Positions 1 through 9,255 of a stretch of DNA of 64,000 bases are shown here, in pieces. The notes under the pieces are model-generated. The model ran no database searches, was not told where the DNA came from, and saw only the letters and a program-made list of their open reading frames with translations. The position numbers were made by a program, and so were the translations under genes. This DNA comes from an uncultured Legionella sp. (GTDB lineage Bacteria > Pseudomonadota > Gammaproteobacteria > Legionellales > Legionellaceae): NCBI GenBank assembly GCA_964605275.1, contig CAZSAO010000003.1, forward strand, positions 27,248-91,247, read 5' to 3'. Every line of letters starts with the position of its first letter. Position 1 is the stretch's first letter.

Positions 1-87
1 AATAAACTTTTCTCGCCTGAAACTTAAGCAACCATTACCGCCATTACCGGCATCTACTTTAATCATTGCTTCATCAACGAATTTCAT
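1..87 (-). CDS. obg: GTPase Obg/CgtA, N-terminal fragment (gene continues beyond window start)
   Basis: Reverse-strand ATG at 87 translates to [29 protein letters not shown], the conserved Obg N-terminus. It sits downstream of rplU-rpmA as in other gammaproteobacteria. Confidence 0.85.
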   Translation of the reverse strand, partial: MKFVDEAMIKVDAGNGGNGCLSFRREKFI

Positions 88-102
88 GATAAACCTTAAG
101 CT

Positions 103-127
103 AAAAAAAAACCCCGTTGCCGGGGTT
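103..127 (-). terminator. Intrinsic terminator/attenuator between rpmA and obg
   Basis: GC stem accccg/cggggt (111-126) is followed on the minus strand by a run of 8 T (103-110). Confidence 0.7.
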
Positions 128-188
128 AAAATTCAAAAACACATAACGAATTATTGTTTGCCTCAGTACTGCTCTATTAATCTAATGA

Positions 189-467
189 TTAATTTACAGT
201 TTCTGGTAGTTGTTCAGCAACAATAGTAACGTATTTGCGATTTTTTTCACCTTTAACGGTAAATTGAACTAAACCATCAACCAAGGCAAATAATGTGTGA
301 TCACGACCACAACCTACGCCTGCACCTGGGTGGAAACGAGTACCACGTTGTCTAACAAGAATTTCACCTGCAAGAACAAACTGACCGCCATAGCGCTTTA
401 CACCAAGATACTTTGGATTCGAGTCGCGGCCGTTACGGGTACTACCGCCTGCTTTCTTATGAGCCAT
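189..467 (-). CDS. rpmA: 50S ribosomal protein L27
   Basis: [24 protein letters not shown]... is the canonical L27 N-terminus. The gene is 92 aa and follows rplU. Confidence 0.97.
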   Translation of the reverse strand: MAHKKAGGSTRNGRDSNPKYLGVKRYGGQFVLAGEILVRQRGTRFHPGAGVGCGRDHTLFALVDGLVQFTVKGEKNRKYVTIVAEQLPETVN

Positions 468-479
468 TACTATCCCCTC

Positions 480-791
480 TTACTTACTGATCGCAGTAAT
501 TTTAACTTGCGAATAATATTGTCTATGCCCCATTTTTTTCATATGGTGCTTACGACGACGAAACTTAATAATTCTTACTTTTTTATGGCGTCCATGATCA
601 ATGACTTCTGCCTTAACTACTGCATTAGCAATGAACGGTGTACCACAAGTCACTTGATCACCATCAGCTAACATCAGAACTTCAGAAAACTCAATTACGT
701 TACCAGCATCTTCTGGCAGTAATTCAATTTTCAGCACGTCACCTTCTTTCACGGTATATTGCTTACCGCCAGTTTTAATTACCGCATACAT
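480..791 (-). CDS. rplU: 50S ribosomal protein L21
   Basis: MYAVIKTGGKQYTVKEGD... is the canonical L21 sequence, 103 aa, 12 nt upstream of rpmA. Confidence 0.97.
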   Translation of the reverse strand: MYAVIKTGGKQYTVKEGDVLKIELLPEDAGNVIEFSEVLMLADGDQVTCGTPFIANAVVKAEVIDHGRHKKVRIIKFRRRKHHMKKMGHRQYYSQVKITAISK

Positions 792-844
792 AATTCTTCT
801 CCAATTCGCCTGATTTGCTTAGCTAAATTACAACAAAGTGGCAT

Positions 845-873
845 ATTCTATGAAATTATGGCAATTACTTCAA
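845..873 (-). promoter_or_regulatory. Candidate sigma70 promoter of rplU-rpmA
   Basis: The minus strand reads TTGAAG (873-868), a 17-nt spacer, then TAGAAT (850-845), about 55 nt upstream of the rplU ATG. Confidence 0.5.
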
Positions 874-911
874 GTTCATTTTAAAATAATCTAGGTAATA
901 ACCAATTCAGA

Positions 912-940
912 TTGTGACAATGCCAAGGATATTGTATACT
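912..940 (+). promoter_or_regulatory. Candidate sigma70 promoter of rplY
   Basis: TTGTGA (912-917), a 17-nt spacer, then TATACT (935-940). This leaves a ~105-nt leader before the rplY ATG at 1053. Confidence 0.5.
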
Positions 941-1052
941 CTAGCACCCTTTCTGTCTAAATGCATGCGAATGTCTCCATGTATTACTAGTTCAGTTATT
1001 TTATCTGGTCGCGGATTAAATAAGAGGGTTTATTAATTTTTGGAGTATACCA

Positions 1053-1661
1053 ATGTCAACTATTCTTTTAGAAGCACAAACAAGAACGGATATGGGGAAA
1101 GGTGCGAGCCGCCGCCTACGTCGTCTTGACAATAAAGTACTAGCTGTTATTTACGGTGGCGAACAAGCACCTGCCTCTATTCAGTTTCAGCATAATAAAG
1201 TAGTCAAAGCATTAGAATCAGAGCGCATTTATTCTAGTGTTTTTGATATTAGTGTTGATGGCAATGTAGAACATGTTATTTTAAAAGCAATTCAACGCCA
1301 TCCGTACAAACCATTAATCATGCACATGGACTTACAACGTGTTTCGAAGAAAGACATTCTTGTAAAAGCAGTTCCATTGCATTTCATTAATGAAAATCTA
1401 TCTGCTGGCGTTAAAGCAGGCGGTATGATCAACCACACAATGAATCAAGTTGAAGTGCGTTGTTTAGCAAAAGATTTACCTGCGTTTATCGAAGTAGATA
1501 TGCAAACGGTTGCTATGAATGGTGTTGTCCATCTTTCGGATCTAAAATTACCTAAAGGCGTTCATTTAACAACTGATGTAACTGATGGCTCTCATGATGC
1601 ACCTGTTGTAAGCATTCATGCTCCTAAAGGCACTGCTAGCGAATCAGCATCAGAAGAATAA
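1053..1661 (+). CDS. rplY: 50S ribosomal protein L25 / general stress protein Ctc (long form)
   Basis: The 202-aa product has an L25/Ctc N-terminal domain (GKGASRRLRR...VLAVIYGG) plus the Ctc C-terminal domain. It lies upstream of pth as in many bacteria. Confidence 0.9.
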   Translation: MSTILLEAQTRTDMGKGASRRLRRLDNKVLAVIYGGEQAPASIQFQHNKVVKALESERIYSSVFDISVDGNVEHVILKAIQRHPYKPLIMHMDLQRVSKKDILVKAVPLHFINENLSAGVKAGGMINHTMNQVEVRCLAKDLPAFIEVDMQTVAMNGVVHLSDLKLPKGVHLTTDVTDGSHDAPVVSIHAPKGTASESASEE

Positions 1662-1678
1662 TCATTCTTTTGTTGTGC

Positions 1679-1707
1679 GTGTAACCTGATTTTTTATCAG
1701 GTTACAC
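1679..1707 (+). terminator. Hairpin downstream of rplY (terminator-like)
   Basis: Perfect 12-bp stem gtgtaacctgat/atcaggttacac with a TTTTT loop. There is no clear trailing U-tract, so function is uncertain. Confidence 0.45.
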
Positions 1708-1750
1708 CCTCAATGTATTATCAAATATTCTAAACACACTACGGTTTCCC

Positions 1751-2320
1751 ATGGCAATTAAACTGATTATTGGCTTACGCAATCCCGGTTCTGCCTATGA
1801 ACATACCCGCCATAATGCGGGCGGTTGGTTAGTACAACGACTAGCACACTTATACCATGCAACATTCAGTAGCAATAAAAAAATGAATGCAGAATTGGCC
1901 TCAATCGACGTAGACTTAAATTCATGCAAAATACTGTTACCACTAACGTTCATGAATCTCAGCGGCCAACCCACACGCGCCGTGAGTCAATTCTATCAAA
2001 TTCAACCCAATGAAATACTAGTAGTCCATGACGAGTTGGACTTAGCCGTTGGGCGAGTTAAATTAAAAACAGGTGGTGGGCATGGTGGACATAATGGCTT
2101 AAGAGATATTATCAGTCACTTAGGCACGCCTGACTTTCATCGCTTACGCATTGGTATTGGTCACCCAGGACATAAAGACTTGGTGCATCAATACGTTTTA
2201 AATAAGCCTTCTGTTGCCGACAGAAAACAAATAAACGATGCTATAGAACATAGCATTACTGTATTGCCCGAATTGCTTGCTGGTACCATCGCCAAAGCAA
2301 TGAATCAATTAAACGCTTAA
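1751..2320 (+). CDS. pth: Peptidyl-tRNA hydrolase
   Basis: LIIGLRNPGSAYEHTRHNAGGW and FMNLSGQ are Pth signature regions. The product is 189 aa. Confidence 0.95.
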   Translation: MAIKLIIGLRNPGSAYEHTRHNAGGWLVQRLAHLYHATFSSNKKMNAELASIDVDLNSCKILLPLTFMNLSGQPTRAVSQFYQIQPNEILVVHDELDLAVGRVKLKTGGGHGGHNGLRDIISHLGTPDFHRLRIGIGHPGHKDLVHQYVLNKPSVADRKQINDAIEHSITVLPELLAGTIAKAMNQLNA

Positions 2321-2343
2321 CGCATTCTTAATGAGGTATTTTT

Positions 2344-3435
2344 ATGGGATTTAAATGTGGCATTGTTGGATTACCTAATGTAGGTAAATCGACTTTATTT
2401 AATGCACTGACCAAAGCAGGCATTGAAGCAGCAAACTATCCTTTTTGCACTATTGAACCCAACATGGGCATTGTAACCGTTCCCGATCCTCGTCTTGATG
2501 CATTAAGTGAGATTGTTAAGCCGCAACAAATAATTCCCACTACCATGCATTTTGTGGATATCGCAGGCTTAGTAAAAGGCGCTTCAAGTGGTGAAGGCTT
2601 GGGCAATCAGTTTCTGGCAAATATTCGTGAAACAGATGCCATTGCCCATGTAGTGCGTTGCTTTGAAAACGACGACGTTATTCATGTAGAAGGACGTGTT
2701 AATCCGTTAAGTGATATTGAAGTTATTAATACAGAATTAGCTTTGGCCGATATGGATAGCGTAGAAAAAGCATTGTTAAAAGCTGCTAAACTTAGCCGTG
2801 GTGGCAATAAAGAGGCGATAGCGGAATGCAAAGCTTTAGAAAAAGTTAAAGTCCATCTAGATGCCGGACATCCTGTACGTTCATTATCATTAACACCCGA
2901 AGAACAACAAATTATTTATCGACTTTTTTTACTTACTGCGAAGCCTGTTTTATATATCGCTAATGTTAGTGATGATGGTTATGAAAATAATCCATTATTG
3001 GCACAAGTACAAAAATTAGCGGCCGAAGAAAAAGCCAGTATAGTGGCGTTGTGCGCTGCAACTGAAGCCGAGTTAGTAGAGTTAGATGATGCAGATCGTC
3101 ATGAGTTTATGGTGGATTTAGGTTTAAATGAACCTGGTTTAAATAAAGTAATTCGTGCAGGTTATGATTTATTAGGCTTACAAACTTATTTTACCGCAGG
3201 CGTTAAAGAAGTCAGAGCATGGACCGTACTCAAAGGTGCAAGTGCCCCGCAAGCCGCGGGTGTTATTCATACCGATTTTGAAAAAGGTTTTATTCGCGCC
3301 GAAGTAATTGCTTATGATGCCTTTATTGCATGCCGCGGCGAGCAAGGAGCGAAAGAGGCCGGAAAATTACGCTTAGAAGGCAAAGAATACATTGTCTGCG
3401 ATGGTGATGTGATGCATTTTCGCTTTAATGTCTGA
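2344..3435 (+). CDS. ychF: Ribosome-binding ATPase YchF
   Basis: It has the P-loop [18 protein letters not shown] and the C-terminal TGS/YchF end [11 protein letters not shown]. The product is 363 aa, in the pth-ychF arrangement. Confidence 0.97.
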   Translation: MGFKCGIVGLPNVGKSTLFNALTKAGIEAANYPFCTIEPNMGIVTVPDPRLDALSEIVKPQQIIPTTMHFVDIAGLVKGASSGEGLGNQFLANIRETDAIAHVVRCFENDDVIHVEGRVNPLSDIEVINTELALADMDSVEKALLKAAKLSRGGNKEAIAECKALEKVKVHLDAGHPVRSLSLTPEEQQIIYRLFLLTAKPVLYIANVSDDGYENNPLLAQVQKLAAEEKASIVALCAATEAELVELDDADRHEFMVDLGLNEPGLNKVIRAGYDLLGLQTYFTAGVKEVRAWTVLKGASAPQAAGVIHTDFEKGFIRAEVIAYDAFIACRGEQGAKEAGKLRLEGKEYIVCDGDVMHFRFNV

Positions 3436-3460
3436 TATTATTTACGCTTATTAAGTCTCT

Positions 3461-3497
3461 AAGCACACAACAATACGCAACGTATTATTGTGTGCTT
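3461..3497 (+). terminator. Intrinsic terminator after ychF
   Basis: 17-bp stem (aagcacacaacaatacg / cgtattattgtgtgctt, one mismatch) with a 3-nt loop, followed by a T/A-rich tract. Confidence 0.6.
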
Positions 3498-3604
3498 TAT
3501 ATAACACTTGACCCCACCCTAAAGTTTAAGCTAACGTAAATTAAAATTATCAAATTTTAAACGATGTCACTCAATATTAAACGGACTTTAATTGAGGAAT
3601 AGAA

Positions 3605-4669
3605 ATGTTATTGCACTTCAGACGCATCAAAAATATACTAACAGAACACTGTAATAAAATTGAGCAAACATACGCTATGGCTCTTGTTTTATTGGTATGC
3701 AATGTATTAGCCGCGCTAAAAAATTTATATACCTCATGGACACTTAGTACCTTTTTTTTATTCATTAATGTATTAGGTGTTAGCTGTCTGCTAATCGGTT
3801 TAAAGAAACAAAAGAATACACAACTAACAACTCATGCTCTTAATTGCCTGTGTATGATCTTTATCGCTCTGATAAATATAAATCTAAACAGTAATGTACC
3901 TTCACTAATTAATTGGTTTTACCTCATACCGATATTAGCGACCCTCACCTTAAATCGTAGCGGTTTATTTCTTTATGGCACGTTAGCTGGGGGGATGATG
4001 TTACTATGTTTAATAACCGTTAATCCTGTTGAAGGCGTTATATCATTCTCAACGTGTAGCAACTCTTTGCTTGTTTATACAGGAATATATATCTTACTTT
4101 ATGCTTTGTTAGTCGAAAATAAGCGCCACGAGACAAAATTAAAGAAACAAAATATTCGTCTTAACGCAGATAAAGAAAAATTTCACTACTTATCTCATCA
4201 CGATTCGTTAACTAATTTACCTAATCGTAGTTATTTTCTCGAACATCTCGATCTATTATTGCAAAAAAGTATCGCCGAACAACAGGTCCTCACCCTTTAT
4301 TTTATGGATTTAAATGGCTTTAAAAAAATAAATGATCAATACGGCCATGAGATCGGCGATACACTTTTATTAGAAGTAGGCAAACGTTTGCGTTCATGCT
4401 TTCGAGAAGATGATTTTATCGCCCGACTCGCCGGCGATGAGTTCACCGCCCTTATCACTCATCAAGCCCAAGACAACCTACCTAACCTGTTGATTACCCG
4501 AATTAATAAAGAGTTTTTACAACCCTTTTTAATAAAAAACACCCGCTTAAATTGCTCTATTAGCATTGGCATAGCAACCTATCCTACCGATGCCAAGCAA
4601 GCGGAACAACTATTGGCTATGGCTGATCGCTCGATGTATCGACGAAAGAAAATAAATGCTTTTTATTAA
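3605..4669 (+). CDS. Membrane-anchored GGDEF-domain protein (diguanylate cyclase family) with an AGDEF active-site variant
   Basis: The N-terminal ~170 aa are hydrophobic with multiple TM helices. The C-terminal GGDEF domain carries the motifs DSLTNLPNR, DLNGFKKINDQYGH, REDD-FIARL-AGDEF and SIGIA. The start could be 3605 or the Met at 3677. Confidence 0.85.
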   Translation: MLLHFRRIKNILTEHCNKIEQTYAMALVLLVCNVLAALKNLYTSWTLSTFFLFINVLGVSCLLIGLKKQKNTQLTTHALNCLCMIFIALININLNSNVPSLINWFYLIPILATLTLNRSGLFLYGTLAGGMMLLCLITVNPVEGVISFSTCSNSLLVYTGIYILLYALLVENKRHETKLKKQNIRLNADKEKFHYLSHHDSLTNLPNRSYFLEHLDLLLQKSIAEQQVLTLYFMDLNGFKKINDQYGHEIGDTLLLEVGKRLRSCFREDDFIARLAGDEFTALITHQAQDNLPNLLITRINKEFLQPFLIKNTRLNCSISIGIATYPTDAKQAEQLLAMADRSMYRRKKINAFY

Positions 4670-4771
4670 TGCTCGTTGCATCGAATGATTGGAAGCTGAA
4701 CCAGTCTTTAATAATCTTATTACCGCCAACACGATTAAATTAAACAGAGCCCATACAAAATATAACCCCAT

Positions 4772-5380
4772 ACGTCATCCCGAACGCAGTGAGGGATCTC
4801 CTTGTGGTGGCTGATATTTTTTGAACCGCCAAAATTTTTAATCAATTCTCAAAACCATAATATCGCTATCTCATAATTAATTTTAGCAATGCAAGGGCCG
4901 AGCACATAACCAGTATTCGTGGATTTATTCACACTACATGAAAAGGCCTAAAATTCCATTCCAGTGATTTTTTCTGATATTATGCTCATCCCTGCAGGAT
5001 ATTGTCAGGGTATAAATAGTCCAACACAACAAGGAAGCGCTCATGCATAGAGAGTCGTACGTTTACCTATTGGCCAATAAATACAATAATGTATTGTATA
5101 CCGGTGTCACCTCTGATTTGATACGCCGTGTTTATGAACACAAGAACAGTCTAGTAAAAGGCTTTACACAAAAATATAATGTGAATCGCTTGGTATATTA
5201 TGAGGCATGTGCAAATATCGTTGTAGCTATTGAAAGAGAAAAACAGGTAAAAGCATGGTCGCGAAAAAAGAAAGAGGCTCTGATTAATACATTAAATCCT
5301 GATTGGGAGGATTTATATCGATTGATATGTTAAAGACCGTGCTGCAGCAAGGAGATTCCTCGCTGCGCTCGGAATGACGT
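4772..5380. mobile_element. GIY-YIG gene cassette bracketed by 33-nt inverted hairpin repeats (candidate selfish or REPtron-like unit)
   Basis: 4772-4804 (acgtcatcccgaacgcagtgagggatctccttg) matches the reverse complement of 5348-5380 (acgtcattccgagcgcagcgaggaatctccttg) at 29 of 33 positions. The four differences form two compensatory base pairs in the predicted hairpin. Confidence 0.5.
5043..5333 (+). CDS. GIY-YIG nuclease superfamily protein (small UPF0213/YhbQ-like)
   Basis: The 96-aa product has YVYLL...LYTGVT..L..R..EH, which are the GIY/YIG, Arg and Glu core motifs, followed by a KKKE..LI tail typical of stand-alone GIY-YIG proteins. Confidence 0.85.
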   Translation: MHRESYVYLLANKYNNVLYTGVTSDLIRRVYEHKNSLVKGFTQKYNVNRLVYYEACANIVVAIEREKQVKAWSRKKKEALINTLNPDWEDLYRLIC

Positions 5381-5481
5381 GACGATAAAATATTTTTAAA
5401 ATCATTACAGCATATGCTCATTATGGTGAAAGAAAATGTACCGTTCCATACTTTTTCAACAGCAATTCCCGCTGAAAAACT

Positions 5482-5757
5482 ACGTCATCCTGAACGCAGG
5501 GCTCTCCTAAATCAGGCTCAGTACCCAGGGCAAGAGCATGAGTGGTTGAACATGTTCCTAATTGCCTACGTACCAGGCTTTATGCGCGGTATCCAACGAT
5601 CTTTCACTATTGCAAGATCCTATGGACACGCCACAGAAAATAGAAATTGGACTTAAACCATATAAAAAATTTGAGTGCTTTAATTTAAATCACTCATGCG
5701 TTTGCCCTGGCTCAGTACCCTGTCTAGAGGAGACTTCACTACGTTCAGTGATGACGT
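5482..5757. mobile_element. MITE-like non-autonomous derivative of the GIY-YIG-flanking repeat
   Basis: 5482-5545 and the reverse complement of 5691-5757 form ~65-nt imperfect terminal inverted repeats. They start with the same acgtcatc...gaacg.ag motif as the 4772/5380 repeats. There is no credible gene inside. Confidence 0.5.
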
Positions 5758-5883
5758 ATTTGGCAAAATTTATGCAAAATAATGTTCGACTATATTTTTT
5801 TATTTAAAAGAGTATTTATTATTTTTTAATAGGTTGTAATCTGAAATTGTGTGTTTTTTAAATAAAGCTTCGGTACATTTCAT

Positions 5884-6600
5884 TTACTCACCATTTTTAT
5901 TCTCAGAACTACTTAAAATCTGCTGCAATGCCATTGCCAGATCTTTTTTTATAGTAAGCTCAGGCTTATTCAACACTAAAGATTGATTAATTTCAATTTC
6001 CAACCCACTATAATCTGCTGCTGCATAGCGTGCACGCATTGCCGTTGTCACGCCATCGCTAATTCCTTTATACGGGTAGTTCATGCGAATTCGATACTGA
6101 TTTGTTTCTTTTTGAATGTGCTCTTTCCATAGGCGTGCATATTCCTTTTCTAATGCACGTTTAGGATCATAAAGAAAGCTCAGCTCTGCGTTGCGTATTT
6201 GATTATTAAATATCGGGGTAAATGAATGTATTGAACAATGCAATACCCGATCGCCTGCGGCTATGATGTCATCTATTTGCTGAATAATTTTTTGGCGATA
6301 AGGTAGATAATAAGTAGCGATCACTTCTTCTTTTTCTACAGGTGATAAACTTTCACTAATGGATGAAAAACAATGACCATGTAATGAACGATTATAATCT
6401 ATTAATAAGCGTGAGGTTGATGCCTGAATTAATACACAAGAAAACACTTGCTGCATATATTGGGCGGCCTCTAAGGCGCCAAAATCCACTCCTTGATGAG
6501 TATTCAAACGCTCAGTAAAAGGTTTAAATAAGGCGCTATACGCATCAGGAATAAAATTCGTCGCATGTTCACAACTCAATAACAAAATTGTTTTATTCAT
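5884..6600 (-). CDS. N-formylglutamate amidohydrolase-family (FGase) hydrolase
   Basis: The LLSCEHATNFIP N-terminal motif and the length (238 aa) are typical of the FGase/HutG-like family. The start overlaps the stop of the upstream GCS2 gene (ATGA). Confidence 0.8.
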   Translation of the reverse strand: MNKTILLLSCEHATNFIPDAYSALFKPFTERLNTHQGVDFGALEAAQYMQQVFSCVLIQASTSRLLIDYNRSLHGHCFSSISESLSPVEKEEVIATYYLPYRQKIIQQIDDIIAAGDRVLHCSIHSFTPIFNNQIRNAELSFLYDPKRALEKEYARLWKEHIQKETNQYRIRMNYPYKGISDGVTTAMRARYAAADYSGLEIEINQSLVLNKPELTIKKDLAMALQQILSSSENKNGE

Positions 6601-7817
6601 AATTGCTCATTAGTTAATAGACATGTGGGTAGATAGGAGTAGACCCTTTTTAGGGTGCTCTTATCCGGATTAGGGCCGGTCAAATTAAGAATACGCTCGC
6701 TTAAATTTCCTTGCGAAAGAATATACTCTAAAGCCTTTTGCTCTTGATTGTTTAGTGAGGTACTTATTTCTTCAATTAAAAAGGCCCAAACAGCACGCAT
6801 TGTTTTTAAACGCTTAGGAACTTGCCATTGTAAAAATAAACTCCCATCCGCAATAGCTGTATTCAGGCCTGATTTAATCGCTGCATCATAAGCGTGCTTC
6901 AATGGCATGATGGAGGCAGGATGAGCTAAAAAATAATCCGAAGTGTCACACCATTTTTTTAAAATCGCACTAATGGCTTTGGCAATAGCAATATCAGCGT
7001 TAACACATTCTTGTGTATCCACAATGCGAATTTCAATCGCTTTGAGATCAAACTTAGGAATACAACCGCGCGAATTGAGCCACGGCTCTTGTAATAAACC
7101 CTCTTTATCAAAGGGACGAATTTCTTGATACATCGGTGTTAAAATGTGTTGTTGATATTCTTCTTCCGAGCCGATGAATGGTGGAATAATATCACCGCTA
7201 ATACTTCTAATACGTTGTTGATTTTGCTCATAATAATAAAGGCGTGAGTCTAATAATCCGGTGAATTTACCATCCAAAATAGGACTACTTGCCGCAAGAG
7301 CAGGCAATAAAGGCAATATTAACCTTATCGCATTGTGTAATAATTTAAACTCTTCATCATTGGCATAAGGTAAATTAACATGCATGCTTTGCAAATTAGA
7401 CCAACCATGACCTTTACAGTTAAAAATTTTATTATATTGCTGATATATTTTATTATTGCCATTATCCCACAGGTAGGTTTCAAGATGTGGATTCATCCAT
7501 GGATGAGCAGCTGAAGGCATTAAAGATAAATGATGTTGGGCTAATAAAGGCTGTATTGCATGAATAGCCTCTTGAAAATGTTCTGCAATCGGCTCATCCA
7601 ATCCTTTGGGCCCATTGTTTTTAAACTCCACTACATGTTTGACCAGCTCATTACTCAACATAATATTGCCAAGCACTGCTTCGTTTATATTCTCGCCACT
7701 TAGCGCATGCAACAGCACATCGGTTTTGGGTTGAATATTAAGCAACTCCTTATCCACCAACATATATTCGATTTCAATACCAACGGCCGAAAAAAGTGAT
7801 AAATTAGACATAGCCAT
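6597..7817 (-). CDS. Carboxylate-amine ligase, glutamate-cysteine ligase family 2 (GCS2/YbdK-like)
   Basis: VGIEIEYMLVD, SNELVKHVVEF and WSNLQSMHVNLP are characteristic GCS2 blocks. The product is 406 aa. Confidence 0.85.
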   Translation of the reverse strand: MAMSNLSLFSAVGIEIEYMLVDKELLNIQPKTDVLLHALSGENINEAVLGNIMLSNELVKHVVEFKNNGPKGLDEPIAEHFQEAIHAIQPLLAQHHLSLMPSAAHPWMNPHLETYLWDNGNNKIYQQYNKIFNCKGHGWSNLQSMHVNLPYANDEEFKLLHNAIRLILPLLPALAASSPILDGKFTGLLDSRLYYYEQNQQRIRSISGDIIPPFIGSEEEYQQHILTPMYQEIRPFDKEGLLQEPWLNSRGCIPKFDLKAIEIRIVDTQECVNADIAIAKAISAILKKWCDTSDYFLAHPASIMPLKHAYDAAIKSGLNTAIADGSLFLQWQVPKRLKTMRAVWAFLIEEISTSLNNQEQKALEYILSQGNLSERILNLTGPNPDKSTLKRVYSYLPTCLLTNEQL

Positions 7818-9255
7818 GCTTCCTGCGTATACGCGTTAAAAATACATTCATGATTTGATAATATAAATTGTCACCTAAAATCTTGTCCTCAACTCCATGA
7901 TCAATATTAGGATTATCATTTATTTCAATCACATAATACATATTATCCTTACCCTTGATATCCACACCATACAATCCATCACCAATTAATTTAGTAGATT
8001 TTAACGCCAGCTTAATCACCTCTTCAGGCACCTCACTTAAAGGAATTGCGTCTGATTTTCCTTCTTGCAGGTCTTTACCGCCATTCCAGTCATAAATTTG
8101 CCAATGATCTTTAGCCATAAAATAACGACAGGCAAATAAAGGTTTATTATCGAGAATACCAATACGCCAATCAAATTCGGTGGGAATAAAGGGCTGTGCC
8201 AACACTAAATCGGATGTTTTAAAAAATTCACGTAAATTTTTTGTTAATGCCTGCGCGTCTTCAATTTTAATAACGCCCAAAGAAAAGGCACTATCGGGTT
8301 GTTTTAAAACGCAAGGTAATTGCACAGCAGGCGGCGTTGTATCATATTTATTAAAGAAAATGGTCGGTGGTGTTTTTATTTGATGCGTATTTAATAGTTC
8401 TGCTAAATACACTTTATTAGTGCACTTAATTATTGACAGATGATCGTCAATAACTACCAGATTTTCTTGTGATGCCTGCCGTGCTAAACGATAGGTATAA
8501 TGATTAACCGCAGTTGTCGCGCGAATGAATAAGGCATCATATTCCCCTATGCCTTTATGTTCATTTTTATCAATAAAATCAACGTTTATTCCCAACTCTT
8601 CTCCGGCTGCAACAAAAAAGTCTAACGCTTTTTTATTCGACGGAGAATGCGACTCCTCCGGATCAACCAAAATTGCTAAATCATGATAGCGCTGTTTTTT
8701 TCGTGATTGATATACTCGTTTTTTAGAAAGATAATTTTGTGCCGCTTGATACATAAAATCCATATGATGTTCAGGAAGATCATTGACAGATAAAGGAATA
8801 ATCTCTTTAATACTCCACTCTCTTTTTAACTCTAAAGAAAAACGAATTAATGGCAGAGGAAATAAATTGTGTAATTGTTTTGCTAAATTGGTGTATTTTT
8901 TCGCCATATTTTGACCAAAATATAAGCTTAAAACAAAATGTTCCGCTTTAATGTCATGAAGACTACGTTGTATTTCATCATGAATGTCTTGCGAGATTAA
9001 ATTCATGCCGATATTTAATACATCTTGAATTCCATGTACCGAAGGAAAGGCTTTATGTTCTCGGGCTTGAGCGAGTAATGAGACATAATAACCAATACTT
9101 TGATACGCATAAGCATTACACAAATTAATGACACGAAACGATTTATTATAGTGATATTCATCGGCACTAATATAAGTAGAGCTTGATATAATAGGGGCAA
9201 AACATTCCAAAAAAGCCCAGCTGGTTGGTTCATCAGTTATTATTATTGTTTGCAT
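7804..9255 (-). CDS. RimK-type ATP-grasp ligase with ~190-aa N-terminal RLAN-like domain
   Basis: The C-terminal ~290 aa have RimK/GshB-like ATP-grasp blocks (VLKQPDSAFSLGV, DWRIGILD, GVDIK...YVIEINDNP). The N-terminal region (NLCNAYAYQSIGYYVSLLAQAREHKAFPS) resembles the RimK-like ATP-grasp N-terminal domain as I remember it. Confidence 0.85.
   Translation of the reverse strand: MQTIIITDEPTSWAFLECFAPIISSSTYISADEYHYNKSFRVINLCNAYAYQSIGYYVSLLAQAREHKAFPSVHGIQDVLNIGMNLISQDIHDEIQRSLHDIKAEHFVLSLYFGQNMAKKYTNLAKQLHNLFPLPLIRFSLELKREWSIKEIIPLSVNDLPEHHMDFMYQAAQNYLSKKRVYQSRKKQRYHDLAILVDPEESHSPSNKKALDFFVAAGEELGINVDFIDKNEHKGIGEYDALFIRATTAVNHYTYRLARQASQENLVVIDDHLSIIKCTNKVYLAELLNTHQIKTPPTIFFNKYDTTPPAVQLPCVLKQPDSAFSLGVIKIEDAQALTKNLREFFKTSDLVLAQPFIPTEFDWRIGILDNKPLFACRYFMAKDHWQIYDWNGGKDLQEGKSDAIPLSEVPEEVIKLALKSTKLIGDGLYGVDIKGKDNMYYVIEINDNPNIDHGVEDKILGDNLYYQIMNVFLTRIRRKHGYV

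Noticed and set aside
297-671. 124-aa plus-strand ORF across rpmA/rplU
   Set aside because: It is entirely antisense to two highly conserved ribosomal protein genes, has a low-complexity translation and has no start context. It is an artefact of the opposite-strand reading frame.
5414-5807. Two overlapping ORFs (5414-5656 and 5562-5807)
   Set aside because: Both lie inside or across the 276-bp inverted-repeat element. Their translations contain repeat-derived strings, and they overlap each other in different frames.
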